Source: Candidatus Woesebacteria bacterium (GTDB lineage Bacteria > Patescibacteriota > Microgenomatia > UBA1400 > MFAQ01). From it: a stretch of DNA of 64,000 bases. Under the pieces are notes generated by a model. It was given only the letters and a program-made list of their open reading frames with translations. It searched no databases and was not told the DNA's origin. The DNA lies in NCBI GenBank assembly GCA_035389185.1, contig DAOORK010000001.1:759419-823418 (forward strand). Direction: 5' to 3'. This document shows, piece after piece, positions 39,695-50,390 of this stretch (its first letter is position 1; each line of letters starts with the position of its first letter). The translations under genes and the position numbers were made by a program.

Positions 39695-42600
39695 TTACTT
39701 TTTATGGCGACGGCAAAGGGCGATAACTATGGCGATAAGGGGGATGAGGATGAGGACAGTAAGCCCGAGGAACTCGAGGTACTGTGGAAGGTAGAGGATT
39801 ACAATATTTGACATGCCTTCGGGAAGTATCCAAGAGTTGTGCCAGGAAGAGTTTGTTGGCGTTAGTTTGGTGAGGAACGGTGCAGTAAGCGGGGAAGCGA
39901 GTGCAAGGAGCCATGAGGACATTTGGATGTCTCTTGATGCGACAGAGAAGGCTTTCCAAGAGGAAGATCGAGTTTGGTAGAGATTGAGAATTGAGCCTTT
40001 GTCGGCAGTGACGGAGAGTGTGTAAAGGAAAGAGTATGGATGAGTGGATGAATTAAGAACTGCTTGGCTTGGAGTAGATGCAGCCCCGATGCCGATTGAC
40101 TGAAGAAAATGGAGAGGAACTGGACGAATGGAGATAGATTTTAGGAGATTGCTGGTGATGGCTCTGCCAAAAGATTGATTTGCCAGATGAAGAGTGTAAC
40201 CGGCGCTTTCCTCTGGATTGGCAACGGGCTGGATAACGTACTGAACCTCTTTGGTTTTAGCTAGACGTTCTTGGATATCACAACGGCGAGAAGTAAAGTT
40301 TTCCAGACAGATGGTGGTTGCCAGACCCTTTTGGAAACGATAATCGAAGGCAAAAAGATAGTTGAGAGAGTGAGGCAGATGACGGAGATTGAGGATGTCA
40401 CATTCATCGGCGTTTTGGCTTTGATAGAGAATGCCATCGGAGGTTATCTGTTTGACAGTAAGACCGTCGTTCCATTGATCGCAGTTGAGATTTTCCGGGA
40501 AAAGAGTGTTGCTATCCGGAGTTTCTTTTAGGTCGAACTGAGTGTCGGTATCGGGAAGAGATATTTGGATTCGCTGAAGATCGCCTTTGAGGGTAATTTG
40601 TTTTTCGGAAATGTGAGGAAGAGCGACAGAAGCTGAATAGATTTGCGGAAGAACGGCGGCTTGGATGTCGCTGTAATCAATTTCTTTGGGGGACTTGGTT
40701 TCACCGGCTTCGAGAAGAAGATTAACCTGTTGGTATGACCCGGTAGACTTGGCAAAAAGACGGGTGCGAGTAGTTTTTTCCGAGGACTGGAGACTTTGGG
40801 GAAGATTGATGGCCAAAAGATTTTTACCCGAAATATTGACGTTGCCGGTAGTGAGAGTTGGTGAAGAGTAGGAGAAAGATAGGGAGATGAGACTTCCCTT
40901 GCTAATAAAAGGAAGGGGCGCGGAAAGACAGCCGGTGACATCGGTACCAATAAGGGAGACACTGTTGGCGGTGATTAGCTTCTCGACTTTGCGATTGGGT
41001 TTTATGGTGTAGCACTGGTCTGGAGTAGCTTGACTAAGATTGTTGGTGAGATCGTAACTGACGCTTTCTGAGCTACTGTAGAGAGAGGCCGTGAAGGATT
41101 TTTGGGTGGGTAGGTAAACTGTGGTTAGAGGATAAAAGTCGGAGAAACTTTCGAGTTCTGCCGGTAGTTGAAGTTCAAAGTAGTTTTGGTTGAGTTCGAG
41201 AATAAAACCGGATCCGACGGTTCCAGGAATGGAAACAGAAATGGAGTCGGCTTGGAGATCGATCTGGTTGTTGTCGAGAAAAATGGTAGGGATGATAGGG
41301 GTGAGACGAATATCAAGACTGTTACCGAGTTTACGATACTCAATTTCGACGGGAAGGAGAGCTTCGGTGTCGCTAAGGGAAGGAATAGTGATTGTGTCAC
41401 CGGCTTGGGCGGAAACAGGCAAACCAAGGTTGAGGTAGTTGCCTTTTTTGGTCCAGTCGGTGTTGGGACGAAGTGAGAGCGAGGTAAAAGGATACTGAGT
41501 GGATGTAGCGGAACCGGCGGAGAGAAAGTTTTGGGGAGAGTCCGGAAGACTCACCTTGTAAAGAGAGATCCGGTCACCAAACTGTTTATCTAAGGTGAAC
41601 TTTTTGGAGTTTCCGAGGAATTGTTTGAGAGTGATTAAACCAGAGTCGGTTGCGTTTTCGGCGAGAGAGACATACTCGTCGACGAGAAGCCAGTTGAGGG
41701 AGTATTTGTCGAGAACAGTTTCGAAGTCTACTTGATTGCCGGAGTAGAGAGCGGTGCTCATTTCTTCGTAGTAATGTTCGCTATTTTTGTCCCAGACATC
41801 AAAAGCACGGTCCATTAAGGGCTGACGGAGACCGTACCAGAGGAAACCAGAACCGCGATAACCCCAGTCGTAGTGCCCCCAACCCCAAAAAGAGAACTGA
41901 GGGAAATTGGCGATACGGGTGGCCGGATCTTGGGTTTTCATGTAAGCAAAAAGATCAAAGTATTCTTGGGGAATTGTTTGTCTCATGGCAGGAGAAAGGA
42001 GATTGCCGGAGAAAGCGGGGGACATAAACAGGATCAGGGAGAAGGTAACGGTAAAAAGAGTGAAGTAGTAAGTGAATCTGGTGTGGAGAAAAGAGAAGAG
42101 GTCAAGAAGGAAGATGGTACCTATGGAGAAGAAAAAAGAATAAGCGAGAGAAAGAGGAATGGAAAATTTGGTGAAAGGAGAACGAAAAAGTTCACCAATA
42201 AGAGGGATTTTGTTGTTGACTAAGAGTCCGCCACCCATGAGGAAAAATAGACAAAGGGCAAGGACGCCGATAAAAGATTTGGTCCAGGTGAAGTGTTTTT
42301 TGAATGAGTAGTAGAGGCCAGTGATAACAAGAATAAAAGAGAGATAGCCGATGATATTGACGATAGGGATATTGAGATGGTTGCGCCAGACTGAAAGGAG
42401 ATAGGTGTATTTGTTGTCTTGGCCGAGGTCGAGGTAGTTGAAGAGGTAGCCCTTCAAAAGAGCTGTGTCGCTGAAGGTGGCAAACTGAAGATTTCGGGCA
42501 TAGGTCTCAGGAGAGGAGAGGAGGTTGTTTTTGGCCTGCTCGGCGACGTGACCATTGGTGAGAACAAAAAAGGCGACCGGGAGAAGCCAGAAAAGGTGAG

Positions 42601-43372
42601 GGATGATGAGTGAAAGAAGGGAAAGGAGAGTTGTCTTTAGATGTTTAATTTTGGCTTTTTGCTGGGTGAGGAACTCAATAAGGAAAGGCAAGACAGTGAC
42701 AAAAAAGACGAGGAAAATGGTCTCGACATAGAAGCTAGGGGCAGAGAGAAAAGAAATAATAAAGAGAATAAAGAAGTTTTTGGGAGAAGGATGGGTGAGA
42801 TAGGAAATAACGAAGTAGAGAAGCCAAGGGAGGGCGCCGTAGAATTGGGTGAAAGTCTCGAAGGGGACGAAAAATGTCTGCAGGGTGTTGAGGTTTAAAA
42901 GGTAAAAAAGAGCGCCGAGGAAGGAAGCAAATTGGATAGAGCGGGAGTCGAGCTTGCCTTTGAAAAGGTGATTATAAAAAAGAAGGTAAACACCCAAGGG
43001 GCCGGCAATTAGGGGTAAAAAGGTGGTGATGTAGCGAATGAGATCAACAGGAACATGGGAGAGAAATAGGATAGCAATAAAGAGGACGCGGGGAAGATCG
43101 GCGGCGTGGGCCATGCCTCCGAGAAGCCCAGGACCTCGGTATTCCTGCCAGACAGAGAAGAAAGTGCGGCGAAGGTTTTCTACTATATCAAACTCGGGGT
43201 GAAGGTTGTCCCAGCCGGTGAGAAAGGTACCCGGTTCGTAGTTGAGGAAGACCAGGAGACCGACGATAAAAAGAAGTGCAATGATGGGCCAGATGCGAGC
43301 AAGAGCTTTCCCTAGGTGACGGATTTGTTTGAGGGGAAAACGGTGTTTGGGTTTGGTAATATTCTTGGCCAC
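39695..43372 (-). CDS. giant (1225 aa) polytopic membrane protein, putative GT-C-fold glycosyltransferase-like
   Basis: ~14 TM N-terminal half with periplasmic loops (GWDNLHPEF...), ~600-aa extracytoplasmic middle, C-terminal TM cluster; GTG start. Confidence 0.55.
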   Translation of the reverse strand: MAKNITKPKHRFPLKQIRHLGKALARIWPIIALLFIVGLLVFLNYEPGTFLTGWDNLHPEFDIVENLRRTFFSVWQEYRGPGLLGGMAHAADLPRVLFIAILFLSHVPVDLIRYITTFLPLIAGPLGVYLLFYNHLFKGKLDSRSIQFASFLGALFYLLNLNTLQTFFVPFETFTQFYGALPWLLYFVISYLTHPSPKNFFILFIISFLSAPSFYVETIFLVFFVTVLPFLIEFLTQQKAKIKHLKTTLLSLLSLIIPHLFWLLPVAFFVLTNGHVAEQAKNNLLSSPETYARNLQFATFSDTALLKGYLFNYLDLGQDNKYTYLLSVWRNHLNIPIVNIIGYLSFILVITGLYYSFKKHFTWTKSFIGVLALCLFFLMGGGLLVNNKIPLIGELFRSPFTKFSIPLSLAYSFFFSIGTIFLLDLFSFLHTRFTYYFTLFTVTFSLILFMSPAFSGNLLSPAMRQTIPQEYFDLFAYMKTQDPATRIANFPQFSFWGWGHYDWGYRGSGFLWYGLRQPLMDRAFDVWDKNSEHYYEEMSTALYSGNQVDFETVLDKYSLNWLLVDEYVSLAENATDSGLITLKQFLGNSKKFTLDKQFGDRISLYKVSLPDSPQNFLSAGSATSTQYPFTSLSLRPNTDWTKKGNYLNLGLPVSAQAGDTITIPSLSDTEALLPVEIEYRKLGNSLDIRLTPIIPTIFLDNNQIDLQADSISVSIPGTVGSGFILELNQNYFELQLPAELESFSDFYPLTTVYLPTQKSFTASLYSSSESVSYDLTNNLSQATPDQCYTIKPNRKVEKLITANSVSLIGTDVTGCLSAPLPFISKGSLISLSFSYSSPTLTTGNVNISGKNLLAINLPQSLQSSEKTTRTRLFAKSTGSYQQVNLLLEAGETKSPKEIDYSDIQAAVLPQIYSASVALPHISEKQITLKGDLQRIQISLPDTDTQFDLKETPDSNTLFPENLNCDQWNDGLTVKQITSDGILYQSQNADECDILNLRHLPHSLNYLFAFDYRFQKGLATTICLENFTSRRCDIQERLAKTKEVQYVIQPVANPEESAGYTLHLANQSFGRAITSNLLKSISIRPVPLHFLQSIGIGAASTPSQAVLNSSTHPYSFLYTLSVTADKGSILNLYQTRSSSWKAFSVASRDIQMSSWLLALASPLTAPFLTKLTPTNSSWHNSWILPEGMSNIVILYLPQYLEFLGLTVLILIPLIAIVIALCRRHKK

Positions 43373-43514
43373 AGTTCAGTTTAACAAAAAACCCAACGAA
43401 GGGGGAGGAAGCCGGTGTGACTTGAAAATTGGCCCATAAGTTTGTATAATACGCGTGTTCTTTTACAACAACTAAAAAACAATAAAGGAAAGGAATCACA
43501 AACAGGAGGAATGA

Positions 43515-44570
43515 ATGAAGAACGTATTAAAAGCGTTTTTGGTCACAGTATTTCTGTTCATGTTGTTTGCCCCAAACCCTGTGTCGGCTGACGATTACGT
43601 CGGTAATGCCCTAGAGGCATTACAAAACGGAAACGTTTATGTTGATCCAGAACTGATTGGCACTCTGAGTGTAGATAACGATACAGCAAGTAAATTGCAG
43701 TCGAAACTGTTCGAAGGAGACAATTTGGTGCTGGTCATGTTACCAGCAGAAGCAGAGACAGGGACAGATATCTACGCAATTGCCCAACGTTTGTCCGAGG
43801 GATTGGGAGATCAGAAAATCATCGGGCTAGCTGTCGGCAATAAGGTGATTGGATATGGGCCAACGTTACCTTCAGGGGTAGCGGCAGATATGATGAGACG
43901 AGCGGACAATGTGTCCAATAATTCTTTAACGGCTCTAGTTACGTTCTCTCAGAATATTCATGCATGGCAAGAGGTTCATCCTCAACCAACACCCACACCA
44001 ACTCCGATACCAACTCCAGTACCCCAGCCAACTTCTGCCGAAGACGGTCAGAAATCATGGGTTATCGGCGGAATCTCTATGTTCGTTGTGGTGATCATCG
44101 CGATTGTGGTCTTAATCAAGGCACGACCAGTGATGACCAAAATCAGCCGAGTTCAGTCGTTTGCACCTTTGAAGAAACTGATCGAAAACATTCAAGAGAA
44201 TGCGAATGAGATCAGAGACACTCAGGTGAGAATTGAATTGAATGAGGCCTGTCTGGTGGCTGATGGCGTTGTGGAAAATCTCCAAAACGCGAGTAAGCCC
44301 CAGGGCTACATCGAAGAAAAATTCCCCGAACTACTGAAGAACATGGATGAACAGACCATGGCCTTACTGGGTCATGAGTCTAGAAAACATCCGTTAAACC
44401 AGGAGATTTTGGGGAAGTTGAAACAAGTATTGCTGGGTTATGATGATATCTTCTTGAAGTTTCAAGAAGGCGATGAGGATGCCGCAAGGTTGTTGGCTAC
44501 AATCATCGATTCGCAACAAACAGCTATTTCCACCTTGGGCTATCTGCCCGAGGATCATAAAAATAACTAG
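43515..44570 (+). CDS. membrane-anchored secreted protein with Pro/Thr linker (possibly TPM-like N-domain)
   Basis: signal peptide, PTPTPTPIPTPVPQPT linker, single TM, cytoplasmic coiled tail. Confidence 0.4.
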   Translation: MKNVLKAFLVTVFLFMLFAPNPVSADDYVGNALEALQNGNVYVDPELIGTLSVDNDTASKLQSKLFEGDNLVLVMLPAEAETGTDIYAIAQRLSEGLGDQKIIGLAVGNKVIGYGPTLPSGVAADMMRRADNVSNNSLTALVTFSQNIHAWQEVHPQPTPTPTPIPTPVPQPTSAEDGQKSWVIGGISMFVVVIIAIVVLIKARPVMTKISRVQSFAPLKKLIENIQENANEIRDTQVRIELNEACLVADGVVENLQNASKPQGYIEEKFPELLKNMDEQTMALLGHESRKHPLNQEILGKLKQVLLGYDDIFLKFQEGDEDAARLLATIIDSQQTAISTLGYLPEDHKNN

Positions 44571-44579
44571 GAGGAACGA

Positions 44580-45881
44580 ATGACAGAAAACGGAAACAAA
44601 GAAGATATTTTTGCAGGAATTGGAACCCCACCTGAGAAAATTGAGTCTTCGGAGCAGAGTTCCACTGTGGCGGCCCAGATCACCAATGATGTGGAGATTA
44701 AAGCCCAGCGGATGAAAGCAGAACTTGACGCTCAGCAAGAGGCGATGATCAAACAACAAAACTTGACCACAAAACGCATTGGTGATGTGGTTGGCTTTAG
44801 ATTGCAAACGGTTTTGGACGGCTGGTTTACCCCCGATCTGATCGCCAAGGCATCGTCCGATATCGCTCTGCGAAAAAATCTACGTCTCAACGTGGATTCG
44901 GCTGCTGTTTACGGCGTGGTGCCCGACAATGTTGTGGCCCAGTTTATAGACTCAGCGGCAACCAAAGCGACAGGTCAGGCTCGTCTCGAAGTAGCAAAAA
45001 CATTGGATGTGGCGACGGGAATTACCCGGAACATTTCCGATGATCGCGGGGTTTCAGCAGAAGAAGTGTCTAAAAAGGCACAGAAACTGCTTAAAATCTG
45101 GCGTGATACTAAGGTACTCGAGGCATTATTTGAGCGCCTGTTCCGTCAAACGGTTAACCGAGTGGTGGATTACCAAACTCGCCTGCAGAGTGTTAGCCAA
45201 GAGCTGGCCAAAAAGCAGGTGGTCCTGGAAAATGTGTCGACTTCTATGGTTGTTCGTCAGCAGATGGTGATAAAGAGTCTTTATGACACTTGTGTCGCCG
45301 GAATAGCTCTCGAAACAATCCTGGATCGAGAAACAAAGTACCTGCATGAGCTTGAGGAAAAAAAAGCTCAAGATACTGAAACGCCTCCTCAGGTTTGGGC
45401 CGAAAAGATTGATGATCAAATGAATTTGATTCAGATCATCACCAAACGGCTCGTCGATGAGAAGGCTTTTGCTATTAAACTCATCGGTCTCAATTCGATC
45501 TTGCGAAGCACCCGGAAGAACATCGCGGCTATTAAGGCTGATGTCGTGTTTTCACGCACCAACCTGATGGCTTCCTTGGGAATCCAACTTGGTTTGGTGG
45601 TCGATATGATCTCAACTTTGCGTATCAGTAAGGCGGCTCAAGATGTTCGTAGAGCAGAAGCCGAAGCGGCTAATCAAGTGGGAGTTGGAAGCCAGGCCTT
45701 GAATGAGGCCGGGAATAAATCTCTCCTTGAAGTTGATACTACGATCAAAAGCCTGCACGCGACTGTAAATGCTGCCCTTATGGGTATTCAGAATACCAAG
45801 GACAACATGCAACGCGTTCAGGAGATGACGGCAAAGGCTGAAAGCGAGTTCAGTAATATGTTCTCGCAGATGTCCGCGTAA
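44580..45881 (+). CDS. coiled-coil protein, TelA-like (toxic anion resistance family) candidate
   Basis: 433 aa all-helical, size and heptad pattern resemble TelA/KlaB; no catalytic motif. Confidence 0.3.
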   Translation: MTENGNKEDIFAGIGTPPEKIESSEQSSTVAAQITNDVEIKAQRMKAELDAQQEAMIKQQNLTTKRIGDVVGFRLQTVLDGWFTPDLIAKASSDIALRKNLRLNVDSAAVYGVVPDNVVAQFIDSAATKATGQARLEVAKTLDVATGITRNISDDRGVSAEEVSKKAQKLLKIWRDTKVLEALFERLFRQTVNRVVDYQTRLQSVSQELAKKQVVLENVSTSMVVRQQMVIKSLYDTCVAGIALETILDRETKYLHELEEKKAQDTETPPQVWAEKIDDQMNLIQIITKRLVDEKAFAIKLIGLNSILRSTRKNIAAIKADVVFSRTNLMASLGIQLGLVVDMISTLRISKAAQDVRRAEAEAANQVGVGSQALNEAGNKSLLEVDTTIKSLHATVNAALMGIQNTKDNMQRVQEMTAKAESEFSNMFSQMSA

Positions 45882-45967
45882 CTGATTAGTGTTATGAAAA
45901 GTCCCGAGGTGGCATAACTGTTGCCTGGGACTTTTTTAACAAATCCAAAATTTCAAAGGAGAATGTT

Positions 45968-46930
45968 TTGAAAACAAGGAAAGTGCAATTTGTAATCAGT
46001 TTGTTTATCTTGGTGGCCTTGGTTTTGACGGCCTGTTCGGTGTCCACAAAAACGGCCACCTGTGCCTACATCGTAGGTGCAGGCTATGGTGATTATGATG
46101 CCAGTATCCACGAGATCGTCTACCCCGGACAGACAGTTAAAGGTGGTGTTGATGGTGAAGTGATTCAATATGTTCCCTGCAATAGCAGGAACTACATCAT
46201 CAATGATGGTTCTAAGACGATGGTGGGTGGAGCACAGGTTGGTGATCAACATATCTTGATCAAAGCAACAACCAACACCGGAGTACAGATCTCGATTGCC
46301 GCTACAGCCTATTGGACACTGAACCAGTCACCTGAGGTGCTGAAAGACTTCTACACCGTTTGTCAGAAATACGAGTGTTATTCGGAGGCAGATGAGTCCG
46401 GAAACTCAAACTTCTCGACCGATGGCTGGAATGGCATGCTCGCGGAAAACTTTGGTCCCAGTATGGAAGCGGCCGCCCGTAAAGCTGCTTTTGTAGTGGA
46501 TGACTCGATTTGGCAGGTTAATGATCCTGTACAGTATCAGGCTTTGGCTGACAAGATGTCCGAGTACTTTGGAGGTGAGATTCAAGCACGGTTTGGCTTC
46601 GCTGAAGACTTTTTCTGCGGAAGCGGAAACTCACAATGGAGTGATCCAAATCAACCTGGTGTAGGCGAGTTTACCTGTTCTCCTGTGCGTTTTACAGTGG
46701 AAGATGTTAAACCATTGGAAAATGCTGCGGATACGGGTACTCCGGCTCAGTTGCAGTTGAACGCAGGTCGTCTTTCGAGCGCTGAAGCTCTGTATGGTGA
46801 GGATGCTAGTTACTGGCTTGGTTTGCAAGACACGATCGCGGCCTGTAAGGATGCAGGAATCACCTGTGTCTTTAACATCGGCGGCGGAAGTATGCCTGTG
46901 TCAGTGCCTGTCACGTCTAGTGGACAGTAG
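45968..46930 (+). CDS. lipoprotein, hypothetical
   Basis: lipobox LVLTAC; Cys-rich 320 aa. Confidence 0.5.
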   Translation: MKTRKVQFVISLFILVALVLTACSVSTKTATCAYIVGAGYGDYDASIHEIVYPGQTVKGGVDGEVIQYVPCNSRNYIINDGSKTMVGGAQVGDQHILIKATTNTGVQISIAATAYWTLNQSPEVLKDFYTVCQKYECYSEADESGNSNFSTDGWNGMLAENFGPSMEAAARKAAFVVDDSIWQVNDPVQYQALADKMSEYFGGEIQARFGFAEDFFCGSGNSQWSDPNQPGVGEFTCSPVRFTVEDVKPLENAADTGTPAQLQLNAGRLSSAEALYGEDASYWLGLQDTIAACKDAGITCVFNIGGGSMPVSVPVTSSGQ

Positions 46931-46962
46931 CTCGATTCTAAATAAATAGAACATGTAAGTTT

Positions 46963-46990
46963 GCGGGTGACGAAAGTCACCCGCTTTTTT
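46963..46990 (+). terminator. intrinsic terminator gcgggtgacgaaagtcacccgc + T6
   Basis: 9-bp stem with GAAA loop. Confidence 0.7.
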
Positions 46991-47016
46991 GTGGGAAAAA
47001 AGTAAGATCTAAAAAA

Positions 47017-47034
47017 CCCCGCATATAGCGGGGT
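47017..47034 (-). terminator. terminator ccccgcatatagcgggg
   Basis: A6 upstream on plus means U-run on minus after 47047 gene. Confidence 0.55.
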
Positions 47035-47046
47035 CTTGAGAAATTT

Positions 47047-47754
47047 TTACTTTATCATGGCGATTAGGCCGAGGACGTCGACTTCGAAATCTTCTTTAGT
47101 ATCTTCGAATTCTTTGGGGTCGTTGATAGTATCTGAATCAACCTTGTCCCAGGGGGTGGCTAGGAGAATATCGCAGATACGTCGATCTCGAAGATGATTT
47201 TCCCAGAGCGTTTCGGCGATGCTTTTGAGAAGCCAGAAGCGGATGTAAAACCCATAAGCGGATGGATCTTTGACTGTCTGACAATAGCACTGGTAGGCAT
47301 TGGCGGCTTCGATGGCCGTATTGAGAACATTGTTTCTTTTGGAATTATCGACAGCCTTTGAAGCTCCGGCAGTCACCAAGACAGCAAACAAACCGCCCAA
47401 ACTACCATCTCCCTGGGCAACAAAACCTCGATGATTTCCCCAGACATTGAGTGCCGTGAAGTGAGCTGCGATCTTGGCCCAAAAGTTTTGGGGATCGATG
47501 GCCATGGCAAGTTTTTGATATTGTTTCGACTTTTCCCATTCTTCGATGAAGGCGAAACAAAGCGAGGATAGGCCGTAGATAAATTTCTGATCGTCTTCAA
47601 CGGTCGGGTTTTGCTGTTCAGCCATCGATAGATAGGTGATGGCTTTGCGCATTAGGCGAGTTCGCTCGTCACCTATAACTCCGGTGGCGTCGCCAAAGTT
47701 TTCCCAGCCTTTGTTGATGTAGCTATCAATCTTTGATGCAGGTGAGTCACTCAT
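47047..47754 (-). CDS. hypothetical protein
   Basis: 235 aa helical. Confidence 0.4.
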   Translation of the reverse strand: MSDSPASKIDSYINKGWENFGDATGVIGDERTRLMRKAITYLSMAEQQNPTVEDDQKFIYGLSSLCFAFIEEWEKSKQYQKLAMAIDPQNFWAKIAAHFTALNVWGNHRGFVAQGDGSLGGLFAVLVTAGASKAVDNSKRNNVLNTAIEAANAYQCYCQTVKDPSAYGFYIRFWLLKSIAETLWENHLRDRRICDILLATPWDKVDSDTINDPKEFEDTKEDFEVDVLGLIAMIK

Positions 47755-47886
47755 AACATCTCCTTAAGGTGCAGAATTGTATTGGTATTGTACATCTACT
47801 ATAGGTTGAAGTCAATCAACAACGACATAAAATTAAGGAGAAAATGGAAATCTGGATATATGTTTATCATGTGAGATAATTTCCCT

Positions 47887-49470
47887 ATGCGTAGATTATT
47901 TAAGATCAATAAATCGTTTCTGAATGAGGTAGACAAGTTGTTTGCAGAAAACTTCGGGTTACCAGAGGTTGATAAACAAATGGCGATTTATTTTACTCAC
48001 GAAAAAGAAGAGAATAAAGAAGTCCATCTAAAATTAAAGAAACGACAATGTATTGTTAGATTCGTAAACAATATTTGGAAAGAAAAAACTGTTCCGGTTG
48101 AGTTCTCGACAAACGGGAAAGGATTTAGATCTCTTTTGAAATTGCTTCGAGACGCGGAATATATAAAAGCAACAGTCGGAAAAGTTGTAACACTGACTTA
48201 TGGAGAAGAAGATAAAGATAGCATCGAGGTTGTACTAAATTCTTTTATTGGTGATATTTTTTATACCCCTCAAACTGGTGAACTTAAATCGTGTGATCGG
48301 ATGTTAAAGAAGCTACTTGATAAAAAAATGATAGCTGAAATCGACAGGACTGAGATTCCTGAAACGATAGAAGAACTTTCATTAGAGAAGGTCCAGATAA
48401 TTGATGATCTGGGAATAATTAGAAAAGAAGTGTACGATTTTTGTCATGAAAGTGGTATTAATGTGGCGAATGCATCGGTGTCGTTAGGAGAACAGATTGA
48501 CTCTTTTAAAAATAATTATGAGATGTATGAAGACATTTTTAAACAATTAACGGGAGTGGATCTATTGGGAAAAGCATCGATAAGTGATACTTCTCTATAT
48601 GAGCCATTGTCAATCGTGATTCCAAGTTATAAATCAGAGGCGACAATAAAAAAGACACTAGCCTCGATTCAATCACAAGACCTTCCCTTGGAAAAGCTAA
48701 GAAAGACCGAAGTAATTATTGTTGATGATGGATCGGATGTTTCTGTTGAAGATATTCTTAAAGAATATGAAGGGGAAATCTTAACAAAATTAAGAGTAGT
48801 GAGATTAGTTAACAACTCTGGACTTTCAGTGGCAAGAAATATTGGTGTAGATATTGCGTGTAACAGAACGGTTTTGTTTTTGGATTCAGACGTTTTATTG
48901 TCAAAAAATTATTTATTGGAAGTATCTGTTCGGAATCAGATTATTCCAAATGCAGTGTTTGTAGCCTTTAAGGAGAATATTGATCCTAGTGACGAACGGA
49001 CGCGAATGAATACGATTGAAAAAGGATTGGATAGACCCGATATATCAAGAGACATGAGAATATCAAAAAATATTAGTGAAGAATCAAAAGGAATGATAAA
49101 CATTACCAGAAAAAAAGGTGTTGAGATTTTATCTGAGACAAATTATTTTAAAGATTTTGGATTTGGACGAAAGGTGGGAATTTTTGATTTGCCTTCGATG
49201 GTGATTGGACATAATATGAGTACTAGAGTTAAGACATTTTTGAGGACTGGCGGTTTTTCAAAAGAGTTTAAGGGTTGGGGGATGGAAGATAGTTATTTTG
49301 GAGCGAGAATGGTGGCAAATCGAAATTTTGTTATCCCGATTTTGAGTAGTGGTGTTTTCCATGTTGATCACCCTGTGAGGTCTGGGTCAGATGAAAAGAA
49401 GCAAAAAGAATTGATAAATAACATAAAAAGATACACACAATTACTGAATAAACCCTTTGATGCTGATTGA
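47887..49470 (+). CDS. family 2 glycosyltransferase with ~230-aa N-terminal extension of unknown function
   Basis: GT2 core SIVIPSYKSE...VIIVDDGSD...LDSDVLL (DxD); 527 aa. Confidence 0.7.
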   Translation: MRRLFKINKSFLNEVDKLFAENFGLPEVDKQMAIYFTHEKEENKEVHLKLKKRQCIVRFVNNIWKEKTVPVEFSTNGKGFRSLLKLLRDAEYIKATVGKVVTLTYGEEDKDSIEVVLNSFIGDIFYTPQTGELKSCDRMLKKLLDKKMIAEIDRTEIPETIEELSLEKVQIIDDLGIIRKEVYDFCHESGINVANASVSLGEQIDSFKNNYEMYEDIFKQLTGVDLLGKASISDTSLYEPLSIVIPSYKSEATIKKTLASIQSQDLPLEKLRKTEVIIVDDGSDVSVEDILKEYEGEILTKLRVVRLVNNSGLSVARNIGVDIACNRTVLFLDSDVLLSKNYLLEVSVRNQIIPNAVFVAFKENIDPSDERTRMNTIEKGLDRPDISRDMRISKNISEESKGMINITRKKGVEILSETNYFKDFGFGRKVGIFDLPSMVIGHNMSTRVKTFLRTGGFSKEFKGWGMEDSYFGARMVANRNFVIPILSSGVFHVDHPVRSGSDEKKQKELINNIKRYTQLLNKPFDAD

Positions 49471-49528
49471 GAAAATGGGATTGTAAGACTATTTTCGTTC
49501 CAAGATAAATATAGTGTTTGTTGACTAA

Positions 49529-50389
49529 CTACATTAAATCTGAATTAATTAAGAAACAAAGGTATGAATAGATTTGGAGCATCTGGCCGTTGTCAGTTCT
49601 TTCTTGTAAAACAGTATAAGCATTTTTGGGGTTAAAAAACTGTCTGTTAGTCGTTTCTAAGGGTATCCATTTCTTGTGATATTGTGTGATGTGTGATGTG
49701 GTTAACGGAATTTGAGAGACTGGCGGAAATTCTGAAATTGCTTGCCCAGTCAGATTGGTAACTTTGATATACCCAAAGACCCTGATGTTGTTAATTTCAA
49801 CACCACCTTCTTCTTGGGCTTCTCTTTGAAGTGTCTCTTGCCATGTTTCTCCATTTTCGATGTGTCCACCAAGAGGATTCCACCATCCATTTTTATCGAA
49901 GGTAAGCAATATACCCTTGTCATTTTCGGAAAAAGTAAGGGGAGTTGAGATATAAATATCAGAAGGGAGAATCTTACTTGGATGAAAAACGACATCTGCA
50001 GTAAGGTTACCTTTCCTGATGGTATAAGGGATGAACTTTCCTTGTTGAAGAAGATTATTTTTAATTTGATTGAGATCTATGTTGGATGGAATATCAATTG
50101 TTTTGGGATTAAGGTTGTTTTTGGGGAAAAGCAGTTTTGCTACAGAAAAACCTGCATAATTAAGAGAAATAATGTCATTTGAAGATTTTTGATGTTTTTC
50201 AATGAGACTTAGTAATTTCCAGAGATATTCTCTAATCGAAGGAGCGCTCCACTTTTTTCTTGAATCAAGGTCGATATCGGACAAATTTGATACAGGCTGA
50301 GAAATACTATCTGCTGATATATCCAGGGGGAATGGGATAACTTTTGTCAGTGGAAAACCCTTAGTTGAAAGTTGAAGAGAAACAGGCAT
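49529..50389 (-). CDS. NUDIX hydrolase domain protein with N-terminal extension
   Basis: Nudix box GGHIENGETWQETLQREAQEEGG in C-terminal half. Confidence 0.65.
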   Translation of the reverse strand: MPVSLQLSTKGFPLTKVIPFPLDISADSISQPVSNLSDIDLDSRKKWSAPSIREYLWKLLSLIEKHQKSSNDIISLNYAGFSVAKLLFPKNNLNPKTIDIPSNIDLNQIKNNLLQQGKFIPYTIRKGNLTADVVFHPSKILPSDIYISTPLTFSENDKGILLTFDKNGWWNPLGGHIENGETWQETLQREAQEEGGVEINNIRVFGYIKVTNLTGQAISEFPPVSQIPLTTSHITQYHKKWIPLETTNRQFFNPKNAYTVLQERTDNGQMLQIYSYLCFLINSDLM

Positions 50390-50390
50390 A

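Noticed and set aside
49676-49702. (GTGTGAT)n-like microsatellite tgtgatattgtgtgatgtgtgatgtgg inside NUDIX gene
   Set aside because: Only 2-3 imperfect units; falls in coding sequence without frameshift potential evident.
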